Below are positions 21,838 through 30,880 of a stretch of 64,000 nucleotides of DNA, one piece after another. The stretch lies in assembly GCF_021295345.1 (NCBI RefSeq), contig NZ_JAIMJB010000006.1:25892-89891 (forward strand), written 5' to 3'. The DNA comes from Motilimonas eburnea. GTDB taxonomy: Bacteria > Pseudomonadota > Gammaproteobacteria > Enterobacterales > CBDFNC01. The translations under genes and the position numbers were made by a program. Under the pieces are notes generated by a model, which did not search any database, had not been told where the DNA came from, and saw only the letters and a list, made by a program, of their open reading frames with translations. Position 1 is the first letter of the stretch. Each line of letters starts with the position of its first letter.

Positions 21838-23231
21838 AATTATCTCTAAAGTTCAAGCTATTATCTACCAGCCTGTTAGTACTGCTGATAGGCTTATATA
21901 CCTTTAGCTATTATCAAATTCTCAATCACAGGGAACAATTATTACAACAACAGCAAAACCTGCTGCAAAACATCATGACAGGGTTATTTTCGGAAGGGCT
22001 GATGCAGGAAGAAACCATCAATATGCCCAAGCGAGTCTCCTACGGCACACTCAATATTCCCAATGCCAACCTCGTCGCTATCGTTTGCGATCAGGGTAGC
22101 CAGCAAATCATCTGGAGCTCTATCTCCGGCGCTCACATCCCCAGAGATGGTCAGGCTTGCCCCTTGCTAAGTAGCTTAGTCGGTGATGAATTTTCACAAA
22201 TGTTAACCTTTAATATCAATGGGGTAGAAAGTCGCTATGGGGAGCTTGAAATTAACCAAGAACCCATGATTATTCAATTAGCGCAGTTGCAGCAACATCG
22301 CGCAGAAATGAATAAAAACTACGTGATTGCCGTTGCCAAGGATGCCGATGACCTTGAACAAGCCATGACCGCCTTCACCCGCAAGGTGTATCGTCGTAGT
22401 ATTTTCCTATTCTGTTTCTTCACTGCCCTTTTTTACTTAACCATAAAATGGAGCTTATCCAGCTTGACTCGGTTGACGCGCGAGCTAAACAGCATCAAGG
22501 CCGGTGAACGCGAAGCCCTATCACGCCATTACGAGCCAGAGTTGCAATCACTGACTTCGGCCTTGAATCAGTTACTCCATAGTGAGCGCGAACAAAAAAC
22601 CCGTTATCAACACTCGATGAATGATCTGGCGCATAGTTTAAAAACCCGATTAGCCTTGCTCAAGGCGGTCAGTGAAGAGCAAAACACCACCAGCAAAGCG
22701 TTTAACCACACTCTCAATGATCAAATAAGTCAAATGGATCAAATTGTTCATTATCAATTACGCCGCGCGGTTTCGGGCCGACAAAACATCATTGGCAAGC
22801 CCATTGCCATTGCGCCGGAAGTAACTAAACTAATGAATACATTGGACAAGGTTTATCGACACAAGCGCATTCAATTTGAATTATCCGATCCCGATAACGC
22901 GATATTTTTTGGTCAACAAGACGACTTAATGGAGCTAATGGGGAATTTACTTGATAATGCCTGTAAATTTACCTTAAGCCAGATACATATCAGTGCAAAG
23001 TTTGAAAAAAATAAAGGCCTAAGCCTGATCATCGAAGATGATGGATTAGGCATAGATACGGCCATTAGAAACCAGATCCTCAAACGCGGTGTGCGCGCCG
23101 ATAGCTCTGGAGGCCAAGGCATAGGCCTAGCGGTCACCAGTGAAATCGTTCATTCATACGGTGGTGATATAGAGATCTTTGATAGCGAATTGGGAGGCGC
23201 GGGATTTAAACTCTTTTTCCCTGTCGCCTAA
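21828..23231 (+). CDS. phoQ: sensor histidine kinase PhoQ
   Basis: Two TM segments flank a periplasmic domain. The HAMP/H-box region (...RYQHSMNDLAHSLKTRLALL...) and the ATPase region (LLDNACKF...EDDGLGI..GQGIGLAV...) align block for block with E. coli PhoQ. Confidence 0.8.
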   Translation: MQIKLSLKFKLLSTSLLVLLIGLYTFSYYQILNHREQLLQQQQNLLQNIMTGLFSEGLMQEETINMPKRVSYGTLNIPNANLVAIVCDQGSQQIIWSSISGAHIPRDGQACPLLSSLVGDEFSQMLTFNINGVESRYGELEINQEPMIIQLAQLQQHRAEMNKNYVIAVAKDADDLEQAMTAFTRKVYRRSIFLFCFFTALFYLTIKWSLSSLTRLTRELNSIKAGEREALSRHYEPELQSLTSALNQLLHSEREQKTRYQHSMNDLAHSLKTRLALLKAVSEEQNTTSKAFNHTLNDQISQMDQIVHYQLRRAVSGRQNIIGKPIAIAPEVTKLMNTLDKVYRHKRIQFELSDPDNAIFFGQQDDLMELMGNLLDNACKFTLSQIHISAKFEKNKGLSLIIEDDGLGIDTAIRNQILKRGVRADSSGGQGIGLAVTSEIVHSYGGDIEIFDSELGGAGFKLFFPVA

Positions 23232-23259
23232 TCGGCTTTTGAGCGAATAAGGAACATGT

Positions 23260-23823
23260 ATGAATAAACGGCAATTAGTGACTCGCTTAGTTATCTTGCT
23301 TGCGCTTGCGATTATAGCCAGCCTTTACTTGCTGTTTTTTCATGTAAAACCCCAACACCATGTATCGGCAAAAGACGGCTGGTTAATTGGCTTTGACCAG
23401 CTGCCTTATGCCAAGCAACTCTCTGCCCAGCAAAACAACCCCTTGTTTATCTATTTTACCCGCTCCCCTTGTAAAGACTGTGATACTTTTGAAAACGACT
23501 ATTTAACCTTAGGGAGCGTTCGTTCCCAAATCGCTGCTGCGGTCAAGTTAAAAATCAAGGTAGATAACGACAACAGTCAAATCCAAGCTTTATTAAAGCG
23601 CTATCAAATCATTCGCTTACCTGCAATGGTCATCAAACACAGCCCAGCAACTGAAGCAATCCGAGTACATGTGTTGATGGATTTACAACAAGTCTGGCTA
23701 CCTATACCTGATTATAAAAGAGGGAACTATACCCCACTTTCCGAAACGACCCTCAATGTCGCCCTAGAGCGCACCTTTGCCATTGCAAAAGATTTAGCCA
23801 TACAGCAAACGGAGCCGAAATAA
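23260..23823 (+). CDS. hypothetical membrane-anchored protein with a thioredoxin-like CxxC region
   Basis: N-terminal TM, then ...YFTRSPCKDCDTFEND... Confidence 0.45.
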   Translation: MNKRQLVTRLVILLALAIIASLYLLFFHVKPQHHVSAKDGWLIGFDQLPYAKQLSAQQNNPLFIYFTRSPCKDCDTFENDYLTLGSVRSQIAAAVKLKIKVDNDNSQIQALLKRYQIIRLPAMVIKHSPATEAIRVHVLMDLQQVWLPIPDYKRGNYTPLSETTLNVALERTFAIAKDLAIQQTEPK

Positions 23824-23988
23824 GGCTTGGATAAAAGTATCAAATGAGCAGGCAGGATAAAGCGCAGAGTGAAGGTTTAACGCTGGATGAGCTTAGGGTT
23901 AACACAAAGAACAGCGTGTTTGAGCCTCAATGGGCGACAAGGTGAAGACAATCCACAGCACCATACCCAGTGGCAAGGTATCGCTCGA

Positions 23989-24213
23989 TTACTTCTTCAA
24001 TTCAATGTGTAATGGGGCGATATTAACTTGAGCCTGAGCGTGGTTCATCTCATTTTGCACGGGGGTAGTTTCTGCTTGGGTCATAAAAGTGTATAGCAAA
24101 AACAAGCTTACAAAGATAATCCCACCTACATTTTTCAAAAAGTGCAATAAAGACATGAGCCACCTCCCTTGATGAATTGTTACTCGGTTATTGATATAAC
24201 TAAGTGTAAACAA
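23989..24213 (-). CDS. small hypothetical membrane protein (probable start at MSLLHF, ~55 aa)
   Basis: Short ORF with one hydrophobic helix. Weak. Confidence 0.25.
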   Translation of the reverse strand: MFTLSYINNRVTIHQGRWLMSLLHFLKNVGGIIFVSLFLLYTFMTQAETTPVQNEMNHAQAQVNIAPLHIELKK

Positions 24214-24243
24214 AAAAACATCAAGGGTGGTTACATTGGTCGC

Positions 24244-25056
24244 TTAATGCTGCCATTCATCGGGTTGTACGTGATAATAAGCCGCCAATATTTGGTATAG
24301 CTCTGGATGCTTGTGCTTGAGCTGCGCTGGTTTTTCGAAAAATGTCTCCGTCACCACCGCAAAAAACTCCGCAGGCTCACTAGCACCATAATCATCCATC
24401 ACGCTCTTTAGGCCAAGCATATGATTATGCTGCAATTGTGCAAACTCTTTGGACATCACTTTAGCCCAAGATTGATATGCATTTGGTGAGTCTAAATAGG
24501 GTGCACCATTGGTCGAGCCATCTTCAGAATCCAATTGATGAGCAAACTCATGGAGCACCACATTGTGCCCATCATGGATATTCCTTGCGCCTTTTTTCAC
24601 GTCATCCCAAGATAAGACAATCCGGCCATTGCCCCATGATTCACCCGCTAAGCCTATTTGTTCAACACTGACTAAGCCATTTTCATCAACCTGCGTATGC
24701 GCAGCAATAAATGCCGCCGGATAAACCAAAATGGATTTTAACTTAGCATACTCACTGGTTTTACGGTTAAGCAGCAACAAACAGGCCTGTCCAGCAATGG
24801 TCACCTTGATCTCATCTGTCATCTCGAGATCTTGGCAAGGATAGAAGTTTTTACGGTGGATAAAACTGTTGACCAATAAGTGCAACTGCATTTTCAGTTC
24901 ATCGGGCAACACGAGATATAACGGCATATTGCGCTCTAAGATTTCCCGCCATGGCGCGGGAAACGGTGCAAAACGTGCTTTTCTATCTTTGTAGACAGGC
25001 AAAAACAGTAAGATACTTAAAATGATGACACCAAAGGTGATAAACACGGCATTCAT
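24244..25056 (-). CDS. mtfA: MtfA-family (M90) zinc-dependent peptidase
   Basis: HEFAHQLD zinc motif, N-terminal TM, 270 aa, general similarity to E. coli MtfA. Confidence 0.75.
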   Translation of the reverse strand: MNAVFITFGVIILSILLFLPVYKDRKARFAPFPAPWREILERNMPLYLVLPDELKMQLHLLVNSFIHRKNFYPCQDLEMTDEIKVTIAGQACLLLLNRKTSEYAKLKSILVYPAAFIAAHTQVDENGLVSVEQIGLAGESWGNGRIVLSWDDVKKGARNIHDGHNVVLHEFAHQLDSEDGSTNGAPYLDSPNAYQSWAKVMSKEFAQLQHNHMLGLKSVMDDYGASEPAEFFAVVTETFFEKPAQLKHKHPELYQILAAYYHVQPDEWQH

Positions 25057-25081
25057 GATTGGCTTAGTTCCTGTCGCTGGT

Positions 25082-26317
25082 TTAACACTGTTCTAATGCG
25101 GCACTAAAGTCATCTAGCAAGTCTTGCGTATCTTCAATCCCTATCGAACAACGGATCATGTTTTCGCTGATGCCCATGGCTTGGCGCGCGGCTAAACCCA
25201 TTTCAAAGTAGATAGTAGACGCAACGGGTAAGGCTAAGGTGCGATTATCGCCTAAATGGGTCGCGCTGATCACCCATTGCAATTGGTTTAAAAAGGCACA
25301 ACAGTCAATGCCATCGACCAAATCAAAGCTCAAAATAGCACCAAAGTCATTAAATAAGGTTTTTGCCCTTTGATGCTCTGGGTGATCCGCCAAGCCCGGA
25401 TAGTACACCTTAGCCACTTTAGGATGCGCATCTAACAACTTGGCTAAACTCATAGCATTGTGACACTGGCGCTGCATTCGCAGAGCTAAGGTATCTGAGC
25501 CAACAGACAACATATGCGCCGCCTCTGAACTTAAGCTGCCGCCCATATCACGCAGACCCTTTTTCTTAATTTGGTTAATGCCCCACATTTTCTCATCACC
25601 TTTACGGTAACCAGCAAAAATGTTGTCGTATTGGCGCCAATCAAACAGGCCCGTATCGGTAACACTGCCGCCTAAGGCATTACCATGGCCACCGAAGTAT
25701 TTCGACAATGAGCTAATAATTAAGCTGGCATGAACGGATTTTGGTTGGAATAAATAAGCCGAGGTCATGGTGTTATCAACGGCATAAATCAATTTTTCAG
25801 CTAAACAAAACTCACCGATTTCTGCTAGGGCAGCAATTTGTGTCACTGGGTTAGCGATGGTTTCGACAAACACCATTTTGGTATTGTCTTGCTTAGCCCC
25901 TCTCACCTCGTCAATATTGGTGGCATCAACAAGGCTCACTTCAATGCCGTAGCCTTGTAACGTCGCCATCACACTCGAGGTATTACCAAACACAAAGCGG
26001 CTACAAATTAGGTGATCGCCTTTTTTTAATAAGGTTAAAAAAGCGGCGCAGATAGCGGCCATCCCAGTGCCAAACACTAAGGTCGCCACGCCTTGCTCTA
26101 ACTGACAAATTTTATGGCTTAAGGCATCCATGGTCGGAGTGGATTGACGTGCATAAGCGTGACCCGCTTGTTTACCCTGAAACACATCGACTAAGTCATT
26201 GACGTCTTGATAACCATAGGGCACCGATGGATGAATCGGTGCATGAATGGCACCGTGCTCTAGCCCAGATAATCGATCACAGTGGATCAGTTGTGTGGTA
26301 AACCCTTTTCTTGACAT
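25082..26317 (-). CDS. Cys/Met-metabolism PLP-dependent enzyme (cystathionine gamma-synthase / O-succinylhomoserine sulfhydrylase family)
   Basis: Trans-sulfuration fold with PLP-lysine motif SLSKYFGGHGNALGG. Start chosen at MSRKGFTTQLIH. Confidence 0.8.
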   Translation of the reverse strand: MSRKGFTTQLIHCDRLSGLEHGAIHAPIHPSVPYGYQDVNDLVDVFQGKQAGHAYARQSTPTMDALSHKICQLEQGVATLVFGTGMAAICAAFLTLLKKGDHLICSRFVFGNTSSVMATLQGYGIEVSLVDATNIDEVRGAKQDNTKMVFVETIANPVTQIAALAEIGEFCLAEKLIYAVDNTMTSAYLFQPKSVHASLIISSLSKYFGGHGNALGGSVTDTGLFDWRQYDNIFAGYRKGDEKMWGINQIKKKGLRDMGGSLSSEAAHMLSVGSDTLALRMQRQCHNAMSLAKLLDAHPKVAKVYYPGLADHPEHQRAKTLFNDFGAILSFDLVDGIDCCAFLNQLQWVISATHLGDNRTLALPVASTIYFEMGLAARQAMGISENMIRCSIGIEDTQDLLDDFSAALEQC

Positions 26318-26531
26318 AATTTTTATCCTTGACCGTGTGTTCATGTTAATGGAATGATAAACTGACCAACAAGCTCTCATATGGGTAGATAATGTACTTC
26401 ATTCTCAGCGGTAAAAACATAAACCCAATCAAATCGCTGCGTTTTTTAAGATTACTGCCCAACACGACTGCATCAATCTAAGCATGGGGCCAGAGAGCCT
26501 CAATTGATGCCGCTAGATCAAGGATGACAAG

Positions 26532-28115
26532 GTGAAGTACCAAATTATTGCTGGGATTATTTTATTTCTTGGCGCCACTCTCTCAATTGGTTCATGGCAC
26601 TACCTGAAATGCTACGAAACCCAATTTATTCAATCGGAAGTGGCAAGCCAAAGCCATAACATCGCCAAGGTCATCAAGGTTCAACTGACCGAACAAGTAC
26701 AATCGTTGAAGCGCATGGCAAAGCGCTGGGAATACAACAATGGCACCCCATTTGATCAATGGCTATTTGATGCCATGAACTTCATGACCTACGAACAGGC
26801 TTACCACAGCCTGGCCTGGGTAGATAAATACAATGAAATCCAATGGGTTGCACCAATAAAACAGGTCGGTGAAGTCAACAAGCTACTCAATGAAGTAAAC
26901 CAGTACCATAACAACGCGCTCTCACAAGCGAAGCAAAGCCAAACCGTCGCGATTTCGCAAAGTTTAGAGCTAGCCCAAGACGGCAAAGGCTTTGTGGTGA
27001 TCATCCCCCTATTCCCCAAAGGCCAATTTGATGGGTATCTGATCGGCATTTTTAGCTTCAATCAATTGATGAGCGTGATCCTAGAAACCGGCCACTTTGA
27101 TACGCCCATCACCATGATGGAGTCTGGCCAAATTGTCTATCAGCAAGTGCCAGAAGACACCCGTGTCGATCAAAATATGCTACAGACAAAACTGCCCGTG
27201 TTTGGTCGCCATTGGGAGATCTACAACTGGCCTTCACAATCTTTACTCACCAAAAGTAAAAGTTTATTACCGGCCATGGTGCTCACTTTTGGTTTATGTA
27301 TTTCATTCTTACTGTCATTTTCATTTTACTTTGCCCGCCAAGTTGAGCGCAAAAAACACGAACTAGAAATGAAGAATGAAGAGTTACGTTTGAAAAACAA
27401 GGAGATTGCCAACACCCAATCGCAGCTTGTCCATTCCACAAAACTGGCCTCACTGGGAGAAATGGCAACGGGGATCGCCCATGAGCTCAATCAACCCTTA
27501 CAAGTGATCAGCATGAATGCTGAAATGGGACCCGAATACCTTGCTCAAGGTAAAACCAACCGTGTGGTCAAGGCATTCACCGATATTATGCAGCAAGTCG
27601 ACCGAGCACAAAGTATCATTAAACAACTGCGCTGCTTTGGTCGTGATTCGGCTCACGATGAACATCAAAGCATTAGTTCAGAAGAGCTAATAAAAAGCAG
27701 CTTAATGTTTTTAAAGCGCCAATTTACCAGTAAAAACATCGAAGTCAGAGAAAACATCGCGCCAGCCCTGCCGCAAATAAAGTGCAATAAAGTGCAAATC
27801 GAACAGGTATTGCTGAACTTACTGGTGAATGCCCGTGATGCGGTAGAAAATTGCGAAGAAAAAGTGGTGGGTATTAAAGCCTTTCAAAAAGATCGTCGAC
27901 TCTATATCGAAGTCTATGACAACGGCACGGGGATCCCGCAAGCCGCTCTCGATAAAATATTTGATCCTTTCTTCACCACTAAAGAAGTCGGTAAAGGCAC
28001 TGGATTAGGTTTGTCCATCAGCCATGCCATTATCGAACAACACGGCGGTGAAATTTCCGTAGAAAGTCAGCCCGCTAAAGGCACTCAGTTTCTGGTGCAA
28101 TTACCTTTGAACTAA
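26532..28115 (+). CDS. orphan sensor histidine kinase with a large periplasmic sensing domain
   Basis: TM1 (aa 5-22), a ~220-aa periplasmic domain, TM2, a coiled-coil, a HisKA H-box (GIAHELNQPLQ) and a HATPase_c (N, G1, G2 boxes). No adjacent response regulator. Confidence 0.8.
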   Translation: MKYQIIAGIILFLGATLSIGSWHYLKCYETQFIQSEVASQSHNIAKVIKVQLTEQVQSLKRMAKRWEYNNGTPFDQWLFDAMNFMTYEQAYHSLAWVDKYNEIQWVAPIKQVGEVNKLLNEVNQYHNNALSQAKQSQTVAISQSLELAQDGKGFVVIIPLFPKGQFDGYLIGIFSFNQLMSVILETGHFDTPITMMESGQIVYQQVPEDTRVDQNMLQTKLPVFGRHWEIYNWPSQSLLTKSKSLLPAMVLTFGLCISFLLSFSFYFARQVERKKHELEMKNEELRLKNKEIANTQSQLVHSTKLASLGEMATGIAHELNQPLQVISMNAEMGPEYLAQGKTNRVVKAFTDIMQQVDRAQSIIKQLRCFGRDSAHDEHQSISSEELIKSSLMFLKRQFTSKNIEVRENIAPALPQIKCNKVQIEQVLLNLLVNARDAVENCEEKVVGIKAFQKDRRLYIEVYDNGTGIPQAALDKIFDPFFTTKEVGKGTGLGLSISHAIIEQHGGEISVESQPAKGTQFLVQLPLN

Positions 28116-28141
28116 ACCGATCCAAAAAGAGAGCGTTCCTT

Positions 28142-29185
28142 ATGTTAATTTACGTTGGCGGCTACAACTTGCCTCATCAGCCAAGTATCCATGCACTGAA
28201 AATAACGAAGCAAGATCAACAATGGCAGTGCCAACCACAAGCAACATTAAGTGCATTAGACAGTGCGAGCTTTTTAACCTTTGATCATGACAACAAACAA
28301 CTTTATGCCGTCAGTGAAATTGACTCTGGAGCAGACCAAGCCAGTGGTTGGGTTGGCCAGTTTGACTTAACCGCTCCCCTAGAGCCTCAATTCGTTAGCA
28401 AACAATTAAGTCAAGGCAGTCACCCATGCCACCTAGCCTTATCAAAGCACGGGTTAATTTGTTCTAACTATAGCGGTGGCAATGTAGCCTTATTTCAACT
28501 CTCGGGTCATAAGCAGCTAAGCGCAGCCGAGCAAGTGTTTCAGCACACAGGCTCAAGCATCATTGAGGCGCGTCAGCGCCAAGCCCATATTCACAGTGCT
28601 AAGGTGTCACCAAATGGTCAATGGGTTGTCGTCGCTGATTTAGGCAGTGATACTTTAACCACTTATGGCTTTGACCAGACAAACCAATTACAACAAACAG
28701 CGAGTTTTAGCATGCCTGCAGGCAGTGGCCCACGCCATTGTGCATTTCACCCTGATGGCACTAGCCTGTACGTGGCTAATGAATTAAACAATACTATTAG
28801 CCAGCTGACTATCTCTGGCTCGGGCGAGCTAGCCTTAATAGAAACCCTAGCCGCCACCGACAATGACACCCTCAGCTACCCGGGTGAAATCACCTTAGAT
28901 AGCACTGGGCAATTTTTATACGTGAGTAACCGTGGGGACGATTCCATTAGCTGGTTTGAAATTGACCCTCTGCAACATAAACTTAAGTACGTATCTAGTT
29001 GTGCTAGCGGCGGTCAATTCCCACGCCATTTTGCCTTAAGTCCAGATGAACAGTTTCTAGTAGTAGCGAATCAACAAAGTAACCGCATCAACCTACTCAG
29101 CCGCGACGCAACCACAGGCCAGCTCACCCTAACCGATTTTTCTGTGGCGCTTAACGCCCCTGCTTGTGTTTGCTTTGTTGATTAA
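28142..29185 (+). CDS. lactonase-family 7-bladed beta-propeller protein (6-phosphogluconolactonase / 3-carboxymuconate cyclase-like)
   Basis: 347 aa with the repeated blade pattern typical of the Pgl-type lactonase family (...HPDGTSLYVANELNNTIS..., ...SPDEQFLVVANQQSNRI...). Confidence 0.7.
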   Translation: MLIYVGGYNLPHQPSIHALKITKQDQQWQCQPQATLSALDSASFLTFDHDNKQLYAVSEIDSGADQASGWVGQFDLTAPLEPQFVSKQLSQGSHPCHLALSKHGLICSNYSGGNVALFQLSGHKQLSAAEQVFQHTGSSIIEARQRQAHIHSAKVSPNGQWVVVADLGSDTLTTYGFDQTNQLQQTASFSMPAGSGPRHCAFHPDGTSLYVANELNNTISQLTISGSGELALIETLAATDNDTLSYPGEITLDSTGQFLYVSNRGDDSISWFEIDPLQHKLKYVSSCASGGQFPRHFALSPDEQFLVVANQQSNRINLLSRDATTGQLTLTDFSVALNAPACVCFVD

Positions 29186-29272
29186 AATTGATTCGTGGCG
29201 GTGGGAGCTGGGCTTGGGTTACCCTTGCTCGGCGAATAAAACCATTCCCGGAGCAAGCTCCGGTCCCACAAC

Positions 29273-29360
29273 CACATAATCACATAATCACATAATCACA
29301 TAATCACATAATCACATAATCACATAATCACATAATCACATAATCACATAATCACATAAC
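29273..29360. repeat. 11 tandem copies of the octamer CACATAAT (last copy CACATAAC); microsatellite-like array
   Basis: Counted directly in the sequence. Flanked by near-identical 12-13-bp direct repeats (t/g)CTCGGCGAATAA at 29228-29240 and 29392-29404. Confidence 0.95.
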
Positions 29361-29426
29361 CAGACAATACACACCTTTGGCAGGCGTGCTTTCTCGGCGA
29401 ATAATATTAACGTGAATGGATTAGAT

Positions 29427-29454
29427 AAAAAAATGCCCAACGCTGGGGTTGGGC
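29427..29454 (-). terminator. rho-independent terminator (minus strand), copy 1 of a duplicated ~40-bp element
   Basis: Minus strand: GCCCAAC-CCCAGC-GTTGGGC followed by ATTTTTTT. Confidence 0.6.
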
Positions 29455-29512
29455 TAAGGGTATTGCAACTGACAAGCACCTTGCTTGATAACTTAATCCA
29501 CATATTTCAGGC

Positions 29513-29540
29513 AAAAAAATGCCCAACGCTGAGGTTGGGC
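29513..29540 (-). terminator. rho-independent terminator (minus strand), copy 2 of the duplicated element, ~100 bp downstream of the small ORF at 29644
   Basis: Minus strand: GCCCAAC-CTCAGC-GTTGGGC followed by ATTTTTTT. Copy 2 sits 86 bp from copy 1 and includes the flanking TAAGGG. Confidence 0.6.
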
Positions 29541-29549
29541 TAAGGGGAT

Positions 29550-29594
29550 GGTGACAAGCACAATAGAAACTTTGGTGACAAGCACAATAGAAAC
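29550..29594. repeat. tandem duplication of 21-bp GGTGACAAGCACAATAGAAAC (period 24 bp including a TTT spacer; a third partial copy GACAAGCACC at 29471)
   Basis: Seen directly in the sequence. Confidence 0.85.
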
Positions 29595-29643
29595 TGGAAA
29601 CAAACACAAATTAGAAAAAAACAAACACACAACAAGCTAATGA

Positions 29644-29907
29644 TTACATAGGGTTAATGACCTTCTCACCATTACTCCAAACGGTTTTAGCCTTGGCCTT
29701 AGTTGCAAAGGGTCCCTTGGCATTGCGCACCGCAGCAACCAATAGTAGCGTCATGCCCGCCAATAACTGCATACCCAGCAATAGAACTAAAAGCGGCAGT
29801 GCTAAGAAAAAGAAAGTCACTAAAAGAAGGCTTCTTAGCACGGCCTGAAAACCACTACGTGATTGATTCTGAAGTAATACTTGCATATAAGACGAATAAG
29901 CTTTCAT
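29644..29907 (-). CDS. small hypothetical membrane protein (87 aa)
   Basis: One or two hydrophobic helices and a basic C-terminus. Followed on its strand by the two terminators above. No recognised family. Confidence 0.35.
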   Translation of the reverse strand: MKAYSSYMQVLLQNQSRSGFQAVLRSLLLVTFFFLALPLLVLLLGMQLLAGMTLLLVAAVRNAKGPFATKAKAKTVWSNGEKVINPM

Positions 29908-30256
29908 AAGGCTCCTCTATGGGTTGCTGCGGCCATTGACAGTCTCGTCAATCGTTGGTACTTGATTTGGTCAACAAAACAGCAACCTTGTTAAGTTGAC
30001 GACATCTTATAACCCCATTAGTAAATATCCGGTGTTTACAGGATTAACTTTCGTTAATTAGCGCAAGGAATAATCAAGCAATAAAACAACTGGTTGTACA
30101 GATTGTGATGGTAGCGTTATAGATAGAAAAAACGACAACAAATAGTCAAAACCACAATTGCGCCAACTATGTATAGCTGATATAAACAGGCATTTATTTT
30201 TGATTAGTTGATCATCTTCAGCAGAATAATTCTTGATATAAGGTAAGGGTTACATA

Positions 30257-30859
30257 ATGAGCATGTTTTATAGTCTTGCATTTGCCTTTCCAACTGCCCT
30301 TTTTACTGCTTTTGTACTGCTCATTTCTCTTTATTGGGCCGTGACTGTGATTGGTATGACGGAAATTGAGATGCTCGATGTTGATGACTCCTTGCTCGAT
30401 TTTTCCGGTTTAATGGCCAAGCTCAAACTCGATGGCGTGCCCGTCACCATTGCTTTGTCATTACTGTTTTATTTCTCTTGGGTTGTCAGCCTCATTATTC
30501 AAAATCAACTTAACCAAATGTTAGCGCCAGGGATCACCTACTATGGTTTTGGCCTGCTCGCGATGCTCGTCAGTTTATTACTCGGCGATCTCATCGCTAG
30601 CCAATGTGTTAAACCATTGCGCAAGATCTTTCGTGACCAAGAGGTACTCAGTAAACAAGACCTTGTCGGTAAAACGGCCATCGTCAGAACAACCAGCGTG
30701 ACCGATAGTTTTGGTGAAGCCAACTTTAATGATGGCGGCGCCGGAATCATTATAAAAATAAGAGCACATCAACCTAACCAACTTAATCGTGGCGACTCAG
30801 TGTTACTGGTGGAATATTTGCAAGAGCAAGATTCCTATATTGTCACCGCCCATTTGTAA
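30257..30859 (+). CDS. yqiJ: NfeD/YqiJ-like inner-membrane protein (membrane domain plus C-terminal OB-fold), partner of the flotillin
   Basis: 200 aa: multiple N-terminal TM helices then a soluble ~70-aa beta-rich C-terminus. Only 22 bp upstream of the SPFH gene, which is the YqiJ-YqiK arrangement. Confidence 0.65.
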   Translation: MSMFYSLAFAFPTALFTAFVLLISLYWAVTVIGMTEIEMLDVDDSLLDFSGLMAKLKLDGVPVTIALSLLFYFSWVVSLIIQNQLNQMLAPGITYYGFGLLAMLVSLLLGDLIASQCVKPLRKIFRDQEVLSKQDLVGKTAIVRTTSVTDSFGEANFNDGGAGIIIKIRAHQPNQLNRGDSVLLVEYLQEQDSYIVTAHL

Positions 30860-30880
30860 TCATCGTTTTAGGGAAAAACT

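Noticed and set aside
29273-29600. Considered whether the octamer array and duplicated 40-bp elements are a CRISPR array.
   Set aside because: The repeats are 8 bp and strictly tandem with no spacers. The 40-bp copies are separated by non-unique sequence and form simple terminator hairpins. No cas genes are nearby.
29407-29607. 66-aa minus-strand ORF spanning the terminator/repeat region.
   Set aside because: It lies entirely within tandem repeats and terminator hairpins, with a Cys-rich repetitive translation. It is almost certainly not coding.
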